64,000 nucleotides of DNA from Gammaproteobacteria bacterium (GTDB taxonomy: Bacteria > Pseudomonadota > Gammaproteobacteria > Chromatiales > Chromatiaceae), in the NCBI GenBank assembly GCA_020630515.1, contig JAHDBG010000001.1, forward strand, positions 3,197 through 67,196, written 5' to 3'. The notes under the pieces were generated by a model. That model saw nothing but the letters and a program-made list of their open reading frames with translations. It ran no database searches and had not been told where the DNA came from. Of this stretch, positions 14,684 through 24,259 are shown in pieces; position 1 is the stretch's first letter, and every line of letters starts with the position of its first letter. A program made the translations under genes and the position numbers.

Positions 14684-14697
14684 AAGGTCTGTTAAAG

Positions 14698-14752
14698 ATC
14701 ATAAGGCGCCCGAATGCTGCTTTCTGGTGCCTTATGATACTGTTTATTTTTG
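14698..14752 (+). terminator. Probable intrinsic terminator of the atp operon
   Basis: A 13-bp stem pairs ATCATAAGGCGCC (14698-14710) with GGTGCCTTATGAT (14726-14738), with one G-U pair and a 15-nt loop. T-rich sequence follows (ACTGTTTATTTTTGTT). Confidence 0.55.
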
Positions 14753-14789
14753 TTAAAATAATATTCTGACCCTTATTTCTGCTGATCAG

Positions 14790-14870
14790 ATATTGCGTCA
14801 TTCCGGATATTGCGTCATTCCGCGCGAAGTCGCGGAATCCATAAGCTTCGCTGCGCGCAGAATGACGCTG
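14790..14870. repeat. REP-like nested palindromic element with a partial tandem duplication
   Basis: The direct repeat ATATTGCGTCATTCCG occurs at 14790-14805 and 14807-14822. The inner hairpin is ATTCCGCG (14817-14824) / CGCGGAAT (14831-14838). The outer arms are GCGTCATT (14812-14819) / AATGACGC (14861-14868). Confidence 0.6.
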
Positions 14871-14951
14871 AATACAGGTGGTTGTAGCACTGTATGGGCT
14901 GGTCACCTGATTTTCCCTGTGATGAACGACGAATAGTTACGAAATTGTTAT

Positions 14952-15620
14952 ATGAACTACCGCACGATTATTTCAGACGGCCTGTGGCGCAATAATCAGG
15001 CATTGGTCGCTTTGCTGGGTCTGTGTCCGTTGCTGGCTGTTACCAGTACTCTGATCAATGGCCTCGGATTAGGCATGGCAACAACCCTGGTGTTGTTATT
15101 GTCAAATGTGTCTGTATCAGCGATCCGGTACTGGGTACCAGATGAGATACGATTACCGGTCTTTGTGCTGATTATTGCATCCTTTGTGACTACTGTTGAG
15201 TTGGTGATGAATGCTTACTTTCATGAATTTTATAAGATTCTGGGCATCTTTATACCGTTGATTGTGACCAATTGTGCGATTATTGGCCGCGCGGAGGCGT
15301 TTGCCTCACGGAATCCTGTGCATGCTGCAGCAGTGGATGGCCTGGCGGTCGGAACCGGTTTTACCCTGGTGCTGGTGGTGCTGGGTGGGCTGCGTGAATT
15401 GATCGGGCAGGGTACTCTGTTCGCTGGCGCGCATCTGATGTTTGGCGAAGCAGCCCGCAGCTGGGTGCTGTCATTTGGCCCGGATTATGCTGGTGTGTTG
15501 TTAGTGATCCTGCCGCCCGGTGCGTTTTTAGGCCTGGCCTTGCTGGTAATGATCAGGAATGTGCTGGATCGTGTGGTAGTCAGGCGCGCGCAGACTGCGC
15601 CCGCTGCGGTTGCCGCCTGA
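14952..15620 (+). CDS. rnfE: Rnf/Rsx electron-transport complex subunit E
   Basis: [32 protein letters not shown] and [20 protein letters not shown] closely follow the E. coli RsxE pattern. No other rnf genes are adjacent. Confidence 0.88.
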   Translation: MNYRTIISDGLWRNNQALVALLGLCPLLAVTSTLINGLGLGMATTLVLLLSNVSVSAIRYWVPDEIRLPVFVLIIASFVTTVELVMNAYFHEFYKILGIFIPLIVTNCAIIGRAEAFASRNPVHAAAVDGLAVGTGFTLVLVVLGGLRELIGQGTLFAGAHLMFGEAARSWVLSFGPDYAGVLLVILPPGAFLGLALLVMIRNVLDRVVVRRAQTAPAAVAA

Positions 15621-15646
15621 ACCTGGTTTGATAAGGAGAAACGACG

Positions 15647-16912
15647 ATGCAATGGCGTTCTGCGTGGCTGAAAAAAATGATGCTGTTGTCGGCATTTGCG
15701 ATGCCGGCTGCAGCCGTTGCTAAGGAGAAAACGCTGTCGGGGACACAACACCTGGAGACGGTAGTGCTCGGTGCTGGCTGTTTCTGGGGTGTGGAAAAAC
15801 GTTATGCTGCGTTGCCTGGTGTGCTTAATGCGGTTTCCGGTTATGCTGATGGTGCAGGTGTCACTCCGGATTATCGTGCGATCACTGCGCCGCAGAATAA
15901 ACATAATCCGCATAATCATGCCGAAGTGGTGCAGGTGACCTTTAATCCGCAGGTCGTCAGTCTGACTGATATTCTGCAGCACTTTTTTGAAAATCATGAT
16001 CCGACCCAGGTCAATCGCCAGGGCAATGACGTGGGTACGCAATATCGTTCAGTGATCCTGACCCGGTCTGAACAGCAGGCAACTGTGGCACAACAGGTGC
16101 TGGCTGATTATCAGCATCTGCTGAGTCAGGCCGGTCTGGGCCGGATTGCGACGCAGATCAAACCACTGCAAGCCTTTTATCCGGCAGAGGATTATCATCA
16201 GGATTATCTGGCAAAAAATCCAGGCGGCTATTGCCCGGATCATGCCACCGGGGTGCGGTTTGCGTCATCACCGGTGGCGTCAGTTGATAACCGGATATTG
16301 CTGCAGGGTCAGCAGATTCTGGTGATTGATGCGCCGGATTGTCCATTTTGTGTGCAGTTTAAACAGGATGTGACTGATGCATATCAGGGTAATATCCCGT
16401 TGCACACCCGTCGGGTCAGCCAGCTGCAGGGCCTGATCCTGAAGACACCGACCTGGGCAACGCCGACACTGGTATTTTTGCAGGATGGTAAGGAAGTACT
16501 GGCGCATCAGGGCTATGTGGATGCGGCAACCTTTTATCGTTTGCTCGGAGCCTTTAAGCTGGGCGAAACAGAGGCGTTCCGGGTGGCGTTTGAGGAAGGA
16601 ACGGATGCGCGTTTTTGTCGGCAATATGAGGCATTTAAAGACACACCGGACGGTGTATTTATCGATAAGTTAAGTGGTGCAGCCTTGTTTGATACGCAGG
16701 ATCGGTTTAATTCGGGTAGTGGCTGGTTATCGTTTACCCGTGCTGTGCCGGGTGCCGTGTATGAAAAACCGGATAACCGGCATGGTATGCGTCGGGTTGA
16801 GGTGCGTTCGGTTGTGTCAGATATTCATCTGGGCCATGTGTTCGCGGATGGCCCGAACGGTCTGCCGCGTTATTGTATCAATGCAACTGTGCTGGAATTT
16901 CAGCCACGTTAA
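15647..16912 (+). CDS. msrAB: Secreted peptide-methionine sulfoxide reductase fusion: MsrA, thioredoxin-like domain, MsrB
   Basis: There is a signal peptide (AAAVA/KEK). The MsrA motif GAGCFWGVE is present, then a central CPFC thioredoxin-fold segment. The C-terminal MsrB has GSGWLSF...HLGHVFADGP...RYCIN. Confidence 0.85.
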   Translation: MQWRSAWLKKMMLLSAFAMPAAAVAKEKTLSGTQHLETVVLGAGCFWGVEKRYAALPGVLNAVSGYADGAGVTPDYRAITAPQNKHNPHNHAEVVQVTFNPQVVSLTDILQHFFENHDPTQVNRQGNDVGTQYRSVILTRSEQQATVAQQVLADYQHLLSQAGLGRIATQIKPLQAFYPAEDYHQDYLAKNPGGYCPDHATGVRFASSPVASVDNRILLQGQQILVIDAPDCPFCVQFKQDVTDAYQGNIPLHTRRVSQLQGLILKTPTWATPTLVFLQDGKEVLAHQGYVDAATFYRLLGAFKLGETEAFRVAFEEGTDARFCRQYEAFKDTPDGVFIDKLSGAALFDTQDRFNSGSGWLSFTRAVPGAVYEKPDNRHGMRRVEVRSVVSDIHLGHVFADGPNGLPRYCINATVLEFQPR

Positions 16913-16924
16913 GGCAGCGGATGT

Positions 16925-17389
16925 ATGGTTCTGGATCAGTTAGATCGTAAGATTCTTGCTGTTTTACAAGAAGACGCAGCACAATCTTTAGATGAGATTG
17001 CACAACAGGTCGCGTCTTCAAAAACACCGGTCTGGCATCGGATTCGTAAGTTGCGTGAATCAGGTGTGATTAAACGGCAGGTTGCGTTACTGGATAACGA
17101 AAAGCTGGGCCTGGCAGCCTGTTTTTTTGTGCTGGTCCGGACTTCTGAACATGACGCCGCCTGGCAGCAACATTTTCTGGAAACGTTGCTGGCGCGGCCT
17201 GAGGTGCTGGAGGCACACCGGCTGGCAGGGGATATTGATTATATTCTGAAGGTTCGGGTGAGAAATGCACGCGCTTATGATGATTTTTACCAGGCACTGA
17301 TCAGTGAGGTGAAGATCTTTAATGTAACCGCGTTGTTGTCGATGCAGGAGATTAAATCAACCACCAGTGTGCCGATTCCGGAAGGATGA
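16925..17389 (+). CDS. lrp: Lrp/AsnC-family transcriptional regulator
   Basis: The 154-aa protein has an N-terminal HTH (LDRKILAVLQEDAAQSLDEIAQQV) and an AsnC-type ligand domain. Confidence 0.85.
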   Translation: MVLDQLDRKILAVLQEDAAQSLDEIAQQVASSKTPVWHRIRKLRESGVIKRQVALLDNEKLGLAACFFVLVRTSEHDAAWQQHFLETLLARPEVLEAHRLAGDIDYILKVRVRNARAYDDFYQALISEVKIFNVTALLSMQEIKSTTSVPIPEG

Positions 17390-18676
17390 CAGGGTAGCAG
17401 CGGTCAGAGCTGCTCCATCCGGTGTAACCTGCCGGGTGTGTGCCGGAACGATCTGGTTTGCTAAGTCAACGTCTGATGTAGTATGCAACCGCACCCTCAG
17501 ATAGTTCGGCGTATAGCCCTGCCATTCCCGGCCAGTCCTGGTCTGTGTTGGTTGCCCTTCAATCAGGATCGGATAGGTACGTCCGACATGTTGTTCCAGA
17601 ACAGATCGTCTGTGTTCGGTCGCTATCTGGTGCAGTTGAGCACTGCGCGTACGCTGCACTGTCCGGCTTACCGGTGCTGGTAATTCTGCTGCCCGGGTAC
17701 CTGCCCGGGCGGAATAACTGAAGATATGGATATGCGCAAAACGAATCTGCGCAACAAAATCCAGGGTCTGTTGCCATTCAGCTGCTGTTTCGCCGGGAAA
17801 GCCGACGATGATATCGGTAGTAACGGTAATATCGGCGATCTGCTGGCGGGCTCGGTTGATCATTTCAGTAAATGTGGCTGTCTTACAGCGCCGTGCCATA
17901 CGCCGTAGCACACTGTCTGAACCGGATTGCATCGGCAGATGCAGATGTGGCATCAGGCGCGGATTGTTAAACAATTGCCAGAAGTCGGGCGGGATATCCC
18001 AGGGTTCAACCGAGCCCAGTCGAATACGCGGGATAGTCGTTTCGTTTAGTACCGCCTGTACCAGATCGGTCAATGTGTGTCCCAGGTCGTGCCCATATCC
18101 ACCCAGATGCACACCGGTCAGCACTACTTCGTGCACTTCTGCGCTCAGGGTCTGAATCTCAGCAATGATCTCTGCCAGCGGGCGGCTGCGCTCTGCCCCT
18201 CGTGCCAGCGTCACCACACAATAGGTACAACGATAACGACAACCATCCTGTACCTTGATGAATGCACGTTGTCGGCCCCGTGCTAACAGACTGCTTGCAT
18301 CTGGTTCGGTGGCCGCCTGCGGCATCACCGGTACGGCAAAGGCCTGGCAGGTCAGATCAACCAGCTGGTCTTTTTCATGATTACTTACCACTAGGTCAAT
18401 GCCTAGTTCTTCAGCCGTCTGTGGTTCAGCCAGGCTGCTGTAACAACCACTCACCACCAGCTTCGCTTGTGGATTTTGCCGTTGCGCCCGCCGGATCAGA
18501 TTGCGCGATTTCCGCACGGCCTCCTGCGTGACGGCACAGGTATTCACTACTACCATATCGGCGCAGGCTGCATCCGGCGTAATTACTATACCCCGGGCGC
18601 GAAATTCCCGCGCCCAGGTCTCCAGTTCAGCTTCATTCAGGCGACAACCTAGTGTTTGCAGATGTACTGAGGTCAC
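17357..18676 (-). CDS. mtaB: Radical-SAM methylthiotransferase, MtaB/MiaB-like
   Basis: The N-terminal UPF0004 cysteines are present (LGCRLNEAE...NTCAVT...GC). The radical-SAM motif CRYRCTYC and a C-terminal TRAM-like region follow. Length is 439 aa. Confidence 0.8.
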   Translation of the reverse strand: MTSVHLQTLGCRLNEAELETWAREFRARGIVITPDAACADMVVVNTCAVTQEAVRKSRNLIRRAQRQNPQAKLVVSGCYSSLAEPQTAEELGIDLVVSNHEKDQLVDLTCQAFAVPVMPQAATEPDASSLLARGRQRAFIKVQDGCRYRCTYCVVTLARGAERSRPLAEIIAEIQTLSAEVHEVVLTGVHLGGYGHDLGHTLTDLVQAVLNETTIPRIRLGSVEPWDIPPDFWQLFNNPRLMPHLHLPMQSGSDSVLRRMARRCKTATFTEMINRARQQIADITVTTDIIVGFPGETAAEWQQTLDFVAQIRFAHIHIFSYSARAGTRAAELPAPVSRTVQRTRSAQLHQIATEHRRSVLEQHVGRTYPILIEGQPTQTRTGREWQGYTPNYLRVRLHTTSDVDLANQIVPAHTRQVTPDGAALTAATLSSFRNRHTGG

Positions 18677-18817
18677 AAAGGATCACCTGGTACTGAAGGC
18701 CCGGTATGATTGAAAAATCGTTCCATAATCAGGTCTTCTGATTGACGACACCAAGGCGCAATGGTGTCAGGAATGTAACGGGGAAACGCCAGAAAATGAC
18801 GGCCACGCGCAACTTCC

Positions 18818-20524
18818 TCATTGCCCATATAAGGCACGCAGGGCTGCCTTCTGGGTGGCAGTCATCTGGCCGGGTGGAATCTGTAATAAGTCGGCATGTG
18901 CCTGACGGTGTTCGGTCTCCAGAAGCTGGCGCAGAATACCTTGGAGCTGTGCCGCTGCATCGTCCTCGACGGCCAGTTCTGCCACGGCGAGCCGGGCCAG
19001 ATAATCACGAAGCACCGGGTCTTCTGTTTGTTCAACCAGTTGTGCACTGGTGATGTTCGGGTTCTGCCGTGCTTGTGTGATCAGTTGTTGTAAGGTATCA
19101 ACTCCAGCTATCCGGAGCTGCTCCCAGTCGTCTGGCAGGGTGTGTTGTGCCGCCTGCGGATGTTGCAGCACCAGGGCAACTGCCTTGCGCATCGGTGGCA
19201 TGGTTTGAGTGCTGACGCGATGTCTGCGTCGTACGGGTCTTTGTGTCCGTTCGGGTCGGAGGACAGGGATCTGCGTCTTCACGCCGACCCGTTGTTCCAG
19301 CGCCTGTTGCAGCATGGTGCGGTAGGTGCCGGTTGGCAATTGGCTGAGCAGTGGTCTGGCACGCTCAGCCAGTTGCGCCCGATCGTCCAGGTTGCGCATG
19401 TCCAGATCGGCTTCCAGATGGTTGAACAGGCAGGTTGACAAAGGTTGGGCCTGTGCCAGTTGCGCCTCCCAGCCAGCCGCGCCCTGAGTGCGTACCAGAC
19501 TGTCCGGGTCTTCGCCATCCGGCAGAAACAGAAAGCGTGCCTGTCGTCCGGACTGCATCAGGGGCAGGCTGGTCTGCAACGCCTTCCAGGCCGCTTCCCG
19601 TCCGGCCCGGTCACCATCAAAACAAAAGGTGATTCTGGGACTGGTGCGATACAGCTTGTGCAGATGCTGACTGGTGGTCGCAGTGCCCAGTGTTGCCACA
19701 GCATGATCAATACCATGCTGTGCCAGGGCGATCACATCCAGATAGCCTTCGACCACCACCAGGTGATCCGGCTGCCGGTGAGTCTGGCGTACTTCGTACA
19801 GGCCATATACCTGCTGGCCCTTGTGGAATACCGGTGTTTCGGGTGAATTCAGGTATTTTGGTTTGCCTGCTCCGATCAGGCGACCACCAAAGCCGATCAC
19901 TCGTCCGCGTCCGTCCCGGATCGGAAATACGATCCGGTCCCGCAGTCGGTCGTATGTTCTGCCGTCGGTCTGGTTGATCAGTCCGGCTTCGTGCAGCAGG
20001 TCTTTGTACGCTGACCCGAATTCGCGCATCAGATGATCCCGGCCAGGTGGCGCAAAACCGAGTTGGTAGCGTGCCGCGATGGCACCGGTCAGGCCGCGTT
20101 GTTTCAGATAGTCTATGGCGTGGGATGCCGCCGGATGCGCGCGCAATTGCTGCGCATAGTGTGCTGCGACCCGGGTCAGCAGATCATACAATGGCTGGCG
20201 ATCCGGTCCGGTCTCAAACTGCGCATCACGCGGGATAGTCAGGCCCTGCTGGGTCGCCAGCTCTTCTATCGCTTCCGGAAAGCTGAACCGGTCATATGCC
20301 ATCAGAAAGCCGATTGCGCTGCCATGCGCGCCACAGCCGAAACAATGATAAAACTGTTTTTTCGGGCTGACGGTGAAAGAAGGTGTCTTTTCGGTATGGA
20401 ACGGACAGCAGGCCTGGTATTCGTGGCCGGCCTTTTTCAGTGGCACCCGACCCTGAATCAGTTCGACGATATCGACACGTTGCAGCAGGTCGTCTATGAA
20501 GGGTTGCGGTATGTTACCAGCCAT
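18818..20524 (-). CDS. dnaG: DNA primase
   Basis: The zinc ribbon CCPFHTEKTPSFTV...YHCFGCGAHG is present, followed by a TOPRIM region (VVVEGYLDVIAL...DGDRAGREAA). Confidence 0.95.
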   Translation of the reverse strand: MAGNIPQPFIDDLLQRVDIVELIQGRVPLKKAGHEYQACCPFHTEKTPSFTVSPKKQFYHCFGCGAHGSAIGFLMAYDRFSFPEAIEELATQQGLTIPRDAQFETGPDRQPLYDLLTRVAAHYAQQLRAHPAASHAIDYLKQRGLTGAIAARYQLGFAPPGRDHLMREFGSAYKDLLHEAGLINQTDGRTYDRLRDRIVFPIRDGRGRVIGFGGRLIGAGKPKYLNSPETPVFHKGQQVYGLYEVRQTHRQPDHLVVVEGYLDVIALAQHGIDHAVATLGTATTSQHLHKLYRTSPRITFCFDGDRAGREAAWKALQTSLPLMQSGRQARFLFLPDGEDPDSLVRTQGAAGWEAQLAQAQPLSTCLFNHLEADLDMRNLDDRAQLAERARPLLSQLPTGTYRTMLQQALEQRVGVKTQIPVLRPERTQRPVRRRHRVSTQTMPPMRKAVALVLQHPQAAQHTLPDDWEQLRIAGVDTLQQLITQARQNPNITSAQLVEQTEDPVLRDYLARLAVAELAVEDDAAAQLQGILRQLLETEHRQAHADLLQIPPGQMTATQKAALRALYGQ

Positions 20525-21594
20525 CAGTGCATGGTTTGCAGGACTTGCAGAACAGCGTCGTTTTCTTCCGGTGTGCCGATAGTGAGGCGCAGACAGTCGT
20601 GCAGTGCCGGGTGAGTGCCATGCAGTCGTTTGATCAGAATTCCGTTCTGTTGCAGGTGGTTAAACCAGCGTGCTGCTTGTTGAGGCGGAGTGCGTATCAG
20701 CACGAAATTTGCATCTGACGGATATACAGTGATACCCGGCAGAGCGGTCAGCGCGATAGACAGGCGGGTGCGTTCGGCACAGATCTGTGCTGCCTGGGCA
20801 CAGAACACAGCGTGATGTTGTAGTGCAAACACCGCGCTGGTCTGGGTCAGGCTGTTGATGTTGTACGGCAGGCGCATCTTGTTGATGTTGTCCAGCCAGT
20901 CGGCTGGTCCGGCCAGGAATCCCAGACGCAGGCCGGCCAGTCCCATCTTGGAGACAGTACGCATCACGACCAGGTTTGCATACTGGCCCAGTTGTGGCAG
21001 ATGGCTGGTTGCGGTGAATGGGGCATAGGCCTCGTCGATCACCACCAGTCCGGGTGCGGCCCGTAACACCGCTGCGATATCGTCTGCTGCGAACAGGTTG
21101 CCGGTCGGGTTATTCGGACAGGCCAGAAAGATCACGGCAGGCTGATGTTGTGCAATCGCTGTCAACAGGGCGTCGCGGTCCAGCGCAAAGTCGTCTGACC
21201 GCAGCGGGACCCCGACATAGTCTAAGCCGCAACTGAGCGCGATCATGCGGTACATGACAAAGCCTGGCTCGACCGATAGCAGACAATGCCCCGGGCTGGC
21301 TAAGGCGAGTGCTATCATCTGAATGATTTCGTCGGATCCGTTGCCGAACAGGATGGCGCTGTCTGCCGGAATGCCGAATGTATGCCGTACTGCGGTCTCT
21401 ACCTCGGCGGCGTGCGGATCAGGATAGCGATTCAGAGCAACCTGTCGCAGCCTGTCTGCCCAGGCAGTCTTCAGGGTTGCTGGCCAGGGATATGGATTTT
21501 CCATTGCATCCAGCTTGATCAGGCCGGTTGCATCCGGCACGGCATACGCCTGTAATGCCTGTATCTCAGGTCGAATCCAGTCGGTCGCGGCCAT
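20524..21594 (-). CDS. hisC: Histidinol-phosphate aminotransferase
   Basis: It has a class-II aminotransferase fold with the PLP-lysine context RTVSKMGLAGLRLGF. It lies directly downstream of hisD. Confidence 0.9.
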   Translation of the reverse strand: MAATDWIRPEIQALQAYAVPDATGLIKLDAMENPYPWPATLKTAWADRLRQVALNRYPDPHAAEVETAVRHTFGIPADSAILFGNGSDEIIQMIALALASPGHCLLSVEPGFVMYRMIALSCGLDYVGVPLRSDDFALDRDALLTAIAQHQPAVIFLACPNNPTGNLFAADDIAAVLRAAPGLVVIDEAYAPFTATSHLPQLGQYANLVVMRTVSKMGLAGLRLGFLAGPADWLDNINKMRLPYNINSLTQTSAVFALQHHAVFCAQAAQICAERTRLSIALTALPGITVYPSDANFVLIRTPPQQAARWFNHLQQNGILIKRLHGTHPALHDCLRLTIGTPEENDAVLQVLQTMH

Positions 21595-21596
21595 GT

Positions 21597-22910
21597 TCAG
21601 GCCTCCAGGCGATATTCAGCGGCCCGTGCATGCGCCTCCAGCCCTTCACCACGCGCCAGCACAGAGGCGGTGCGGCCCAGTTGTTGTGCCCCGGCAGGTG
21701 AGGCCATGATCAGGCTGGTTCGTTTCTGGAAGTCATACACGCCGAGCGGCGAGCTGAAGCGGGCGGTGCCGGAAGTCGGCAGGACATGGTTCGGCCCGGC
21801 ACAATAATCGCCCAGTGGTTCGCTGGTATAGCGACCCATGAAGATGGCTCCGGCATGGCGGATCTGTTTCACATAGTTCGTCGGGTCTGCGATCGATAGT
21901 TCCAGGTGTTCCGGTGCAATACGGTTTGCTATCGTCGCGGCTTCGGTCAGATCGCGACATTGAATCAGTGCGCCCCGGCGGCGCAGTGCGGTAGTGACAA
22001 TCGACTGGCGCTGCAGAGTTGGCAATAATCGTGTGATGCTGGCCTGCACCTGCTGAATAAAGTCTGCATCCGGACATACCAGAATCGCCTGGGCCGCTTC
22101 ATCATGTTCGGCCTGCGAGAACAGATCCATCGCGATCCAGTCCGGGTTGGTCTGGCCATCGCAGATCACCAGGATCTCGGAAGGCCCGGCGATCATATCA
22201 ATTCCGACCTGGCCGAACACGGCCCGCTTCGCTGCTGCGACATAACTGTTGCCCGGCCCGACGATCTTATCCACTGCAGGTACCGTCCCGGTACCATACG
22301 CGAGAGCTGCGATGGCCTGGGCACCACCGATCGCAAAGGCCTGGGTGACGCCGCACAAATGAGCGGCAGCCAGTACCAGTGGATTGGTCTCGCCCTGCGG
22401 TGTCGGGACTACCATGATCAGTTCTGCGACGCCTGCTACCTTTGCCGGCAAGGCATTCATCAGTACCGAAGATGGGTAGGCGGCCTTGCCACCCGGCACA
22501 TACAGTCCGACCCGATCCAGTGGCGTGATTTGTTGCCCGATCAGGGTGCCATCCGGTTCTGTATCCTGCCAACTGGTCAGTTTCTGGCGTTCGGCATACG
22601 TCTGTATCCGCGTGGCAGCCTGTTGCAGTGCGGTACGTTGTGTTGTGCTGATCGTCTCCCAGGCCTGGTGCAGATGCTCATCCGACAGGATCAACGCTTG
22701 CGGCGTTACTGGTGTCCAGCCATCGAAACGGGTGGTATAGTCCAGCAGGGCGGTATCGCCCTGCGTCCGCACTGCCCGGAGGATGGTATCGACGGTGCTC
22801 TGCAGTTCGGTATCTGCAACGGCTTCCCAGGCCAGCAACTGATCCAGTTGTTGCTTGAATCCGGGCTGTGTACTATTCAGTAAAGTGATCTGAGACATAG
22901 ACATCGGCAA
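21597..22910 (-). CDS. hisD: Histidinol dehydrogenase
   Basis: The conserved HisD pattern is present ([37 protein letters not shown]). Confidence 0.95.
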   Translation of the reverse strand: MPMSMSQITLLNSTQPGFKQQLDQLLAWEAVADTELQSTVDTILRAVRTQGDTALLDYTTRFDGWTPVTPQALILSDEHLHQAWETISTTQRTALQQAATRIQTYAERQKLTSWQDTEPDGTLIGQQITPLDRVGLYVPGGKAAYPSSVLMNALPAKVAGVAELIMVVPTPQGETNPLVLAAAHLCGVTQAFAIGGAQAIAALAYGTGTVPAVDKIVGPGNSYVAAAKRAVFGQVGIDMIAGPSEILVICDGQTNPDWIAMDLFSQAEHDEAAQAILVCPDADFIQQVQASITRLLPTLQRQSIVTTALRRRGALIQCRDLTEAATIANRIAPEHLELSIADPTNYVKQIRHAGAIFMGRYTSEPLGDYCAGPNHVLPTSGTARFSSPLGVYDFQKRTSLIMASPAGAQQLGRTASVLARGEGLEAHARAAEYRLEA

Positions 22911-23019
22911 AAAATATCAGTTTATTATGTATCCGTGGGGGTCTGGCTGCGGCCATTCAGACCGCAGACGCCCTCGGCGAGTAGGCTCGGGTAACACTCT
23001 TTGCGTGCAGTGACCTGAA

Positions 23020-23589
23020 TCAGGATGAATAAAACTTTCCGGCATCCGGGCATAGATGATCAAAACGTTGTAGATATTCCTGCGCCGCTGTTTGCCAGTG
23101 CCATTCCGGAATATTCAGATTAAATGGTTTCAAGGAACTCACACTGGCTATATATTCATCAGACAGACAGGTGAATTTTTTTTGTTCCTGTAGAATCAGA
23201 GACAAATTAGCATTTAATAACCATTGAGGCCAGGGCCATTCTATATTAAAGCGTTGTGCAACCGCTCGTTCAATGCATTCTTTTAACGGCTTAATCTCAG
23301 GAACAACGTTTCTTACGCCAAAAGGAATATCTGAAATATAAACATCGACCCCATGATGCAATAACATAAGTAAGGCTTTTGCATCACTTCCCCAACTTTG
23401 GGTTAACACCCAGTCAGTCAATACACAACAATGAGTTGCAGTACTGTAAAAACAATTCAGATGACCATTAAAACGTACCACCTTAGCTAAGGAGTAAGCA
23501 ATATCATCAATGAATATATCATTTATATTCGGCGAAGCTAGGTCAAATAAAATACCAGAATTCGTTTCTATAAGTGTATTACTGTACAT
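23020..23589 (-). CDS. HD-superfamily phosphohydrolase-like protein with an eroded HD dyad
   Basis: SGILFDL..P...I.IDDIAYSLAKVVRFNGH...FYSTATHC and LLHHGVDVYISDIP follow the small HD-hydrolase pattern (T.SG..FD, RF.GH, FYSVAQHS, LLHDA.EAY.GD), but HD is replaced by HH. I prefer the start at ATG 23589, because the track start at 23637 overlaps the upstream gene. Confidence 0.5.
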   Translation of the reverse strand: MYSNTLIETNSGILFDLASPNINDIFIDDIAYSLAKVVRFNGHLNCFYSTATHCCVLTDWVLTQSWGSDAKALLMLLHHGVDVYISDIPFGVRNVVPEIKPLKECIERAVAQRFNIEWPWPQWLLNANLSLILQEQKKFTCLSDEYIASVSSLKPFNLNIPEWHWQTAAQEYLQRFDHLCPDAGKFYSS

Positions 23590-23593
23590 AAAT

Positions 23594-24259
23594 TTACTCT
23601 GAATAGCCTTGTGAAAAATCCAATAAACCCAGTCCATACTCTGCAGGGCGTATTGCAGGAATTATTTTCTCAAGTTCTATGGCTTGTTGAGGCCATCGGG
23701 TTTTTATATTGCACCATATCTCTTGTGTATCAGAAGTTCGGTGAATATCATCGATAATTACCAGTTTGGGCTTAAATAACATAAAATAGCAACCAAGGCA
23801 CGCTAATGTGTATTTATAAGCGTGTTGCGGATCATCTATATACAGAATGTCCACATTATCCTGAGATAATATAGATGCAATTCTTGAGATAACTTTGGGA
23901 TTTAATGGGTTTCCTGTAATTGGAATGACACTGTTATACTGGCCCAGTTCGTCTAAATTTCTTTGTTCTTCATCAATAGTCACGATTTTTACATTTGATG
24001 AATTATTGTTTTTAACGCAACCACGCTCAAATGCCCGGGTTGCTGAACCATACCAGGTTCCTATCTCAATAATGTTATTAGCCTGGATTGCATTAGCGAG
24101 GCCAGCAAAAAAAGAAAAATATGCCTGATGGCCAAAATTTTTTAATGGCTCAAAATGATCAGGCCCATATAAAATATCGGTCGTATCAATTTTCTTTCCG
24201 ATTGACCAGGCTCGTTGAATCAATCCTGAAGATTTTTCATTTCCCATAACTAAAATCAC
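23594..24259 (-). CDS. Class I SAM-dependent (family-3 O-methyltransferase-like) methyltransferase
   Basis: Motif I is IIEIGTWYGSAT, and a later block reads ILYIDDPQHAYKY...LVIIDDI. This resembles cation-dependent OMT/CmcI-type enzymes. The start is GTG 24259 or ATG 24247. Confidence 0.55.
   Translation of the reverse strand: MILVMGNEKSSGLIQRAWSIGKKIDTTDILYGPDHFEPLKNFGHQAYFSFFAGLANAIQANNIIEIGTWYGSATRAFERGCVKNNNSSNVKIVTIDEEQRNLDELGQYNSVIPITGNPLNPKVISRIASILSQDNVDILYIDDPQHAYKYTLACLGCYFMLFKPKLVIIDDIHRTSDTQEIWCNIKTRWPQQAIELEKIIPAIRPAEYGLGLLDFSQGYSE

Noticed and set aside
17357-17389. The 33-nt convergent overlap of the lrp and mtaB 3' ends.
   Set aside because: This is probably just tail-to-tail packing. 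Neither C-terminus is conserved enough for me to decide whether one stop is mis-set.
22104-22883. A 259-aa plus-strand ORF, and similar long ORFs at 20033-20614, 42120-42674, 49038-49688, 15485-16042, 31535-32176, 44118-44678 and 60234-60740.
   Set aside because: All lie antisense to, and wholly inside, genes with strong motif-level identification (hisD, dnaG, prs, cysI, msrAB, tilS, the AddB-like nuclease, the PKS). Their translations are Arg/Pro/Gly/Cys-rich, as expected of shadow frames in GC-rich coding DNA. They have no RBS and no recognisable motifs.
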